Positions 63,346-64,000 of a stretch of 64,000 bases of DNA are shown here, piece by piece (the first letter of the stretch is position 1; every line of letters starts with the position of its first letter). The notes beneath the pieces are model-generated. The model saw only the letters and a program-made list of their open reading frames with translations, was not told where the DNA came from and searched no databases. Where the stretch lies: assembly GCF_006345805.1 (NCBI RefSeq), contig NC_043005.1, positions 109,492,001-109,556,000 of the forward strand. Direction: 5' to 3'. Both the position numbers and the translations under genes were made by a program. The DNA comes from Octopus sinensis. Its lineage: Eukaryota.

Positions 63346-63548
63346 CGTTTGTGTGTCTGTGTTTATCCCCACCAGCATTGCTTGACAACCAATGCTGGTG
63401 TGTTTACAACTTAGCGGTTCAGCAAAAGAGGCCAATAAAATAAGTACTAGGCTTACAAAGAATAAGTCTTGTGGTCGATTTGCTCGACTAAAGGTGGCGC
63501 TCCAGCATGGCCGCAGTCAAATGACTGAAACAAGTAAAAAAGTAAAAA
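63085..63548 (+). mobile_element. SINE family A, full-length
   Basis: TAGGAGTGGCTGTGTGGTAAG head through GACTGAAACAAGTAAAAAAG tail. Confidence 0.85.
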
Positions 63549-64000
63549 AAAAAGCATGCAGATGTGTACTCACATGAGATAAGTTTGCATGTGTGTAAAT
63601 GTGTGTGTGTGGGCATTTATAAATGTGTTCATACATGTGTATATATGTATACGTATAAATATGTGTATACACACATATTTGTGTGTGTGTGTGCATGTAT
63701 GAGTATTTATCATGACATGCAAACATAGATACTACCAAAAACTTACCAGCTGGTCGTGTGGGCGTGTTTGTGTATGCATGCTTGTATGAATGTATGTATA
63801 TATACATTTATACACACACACACTAACAACCACACATACACACAAACACACACACACATCAATATATACATACACACACAAATACATAGTCACAAACGCA
63901 CATACACACACACACACACACATCAATATATACATACACACACAAATACATAGTCACAAACGCAAATACACACACTCACAAACACACACACACACCACAT

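Overview
AT-rich, microsatellite-saturated eukaryotic DNA. The SINE/LINE families resemble those of octopod cephalopods, so Octopus is the likely source (inference). I find no intact multi-exon protein gene, true tRNA/rRNA gene or CRISPR array. Nearly all ORFs in the six-frame track are translations of simple repeats. Supported content: a 5'-truncated processed pseudogene of the OTUD4/ALG13/otu family (3820-5225), dozens of tRNA-derived SINEs, and RTE, CR1/L2 and R4/Dong LINE fragments. There are also Tc1/mariner, piggyBac-type and fold-back DNA elements, a Helitron Rep fragment with HINE-like elements, and two candidate + strand exons. The most notable signal is about ten hammerhead-ribozyme (HHR) motifs in short, often (TA)n-flanked, Penelope-like or retrozyme-like elements. 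One is fully canonical (14359-14416, minus strand). Several have long or branched stem II and different palindromic stem III sequences. All folds were done by eye and all family assignments are from remembered motifs; no searches were run.
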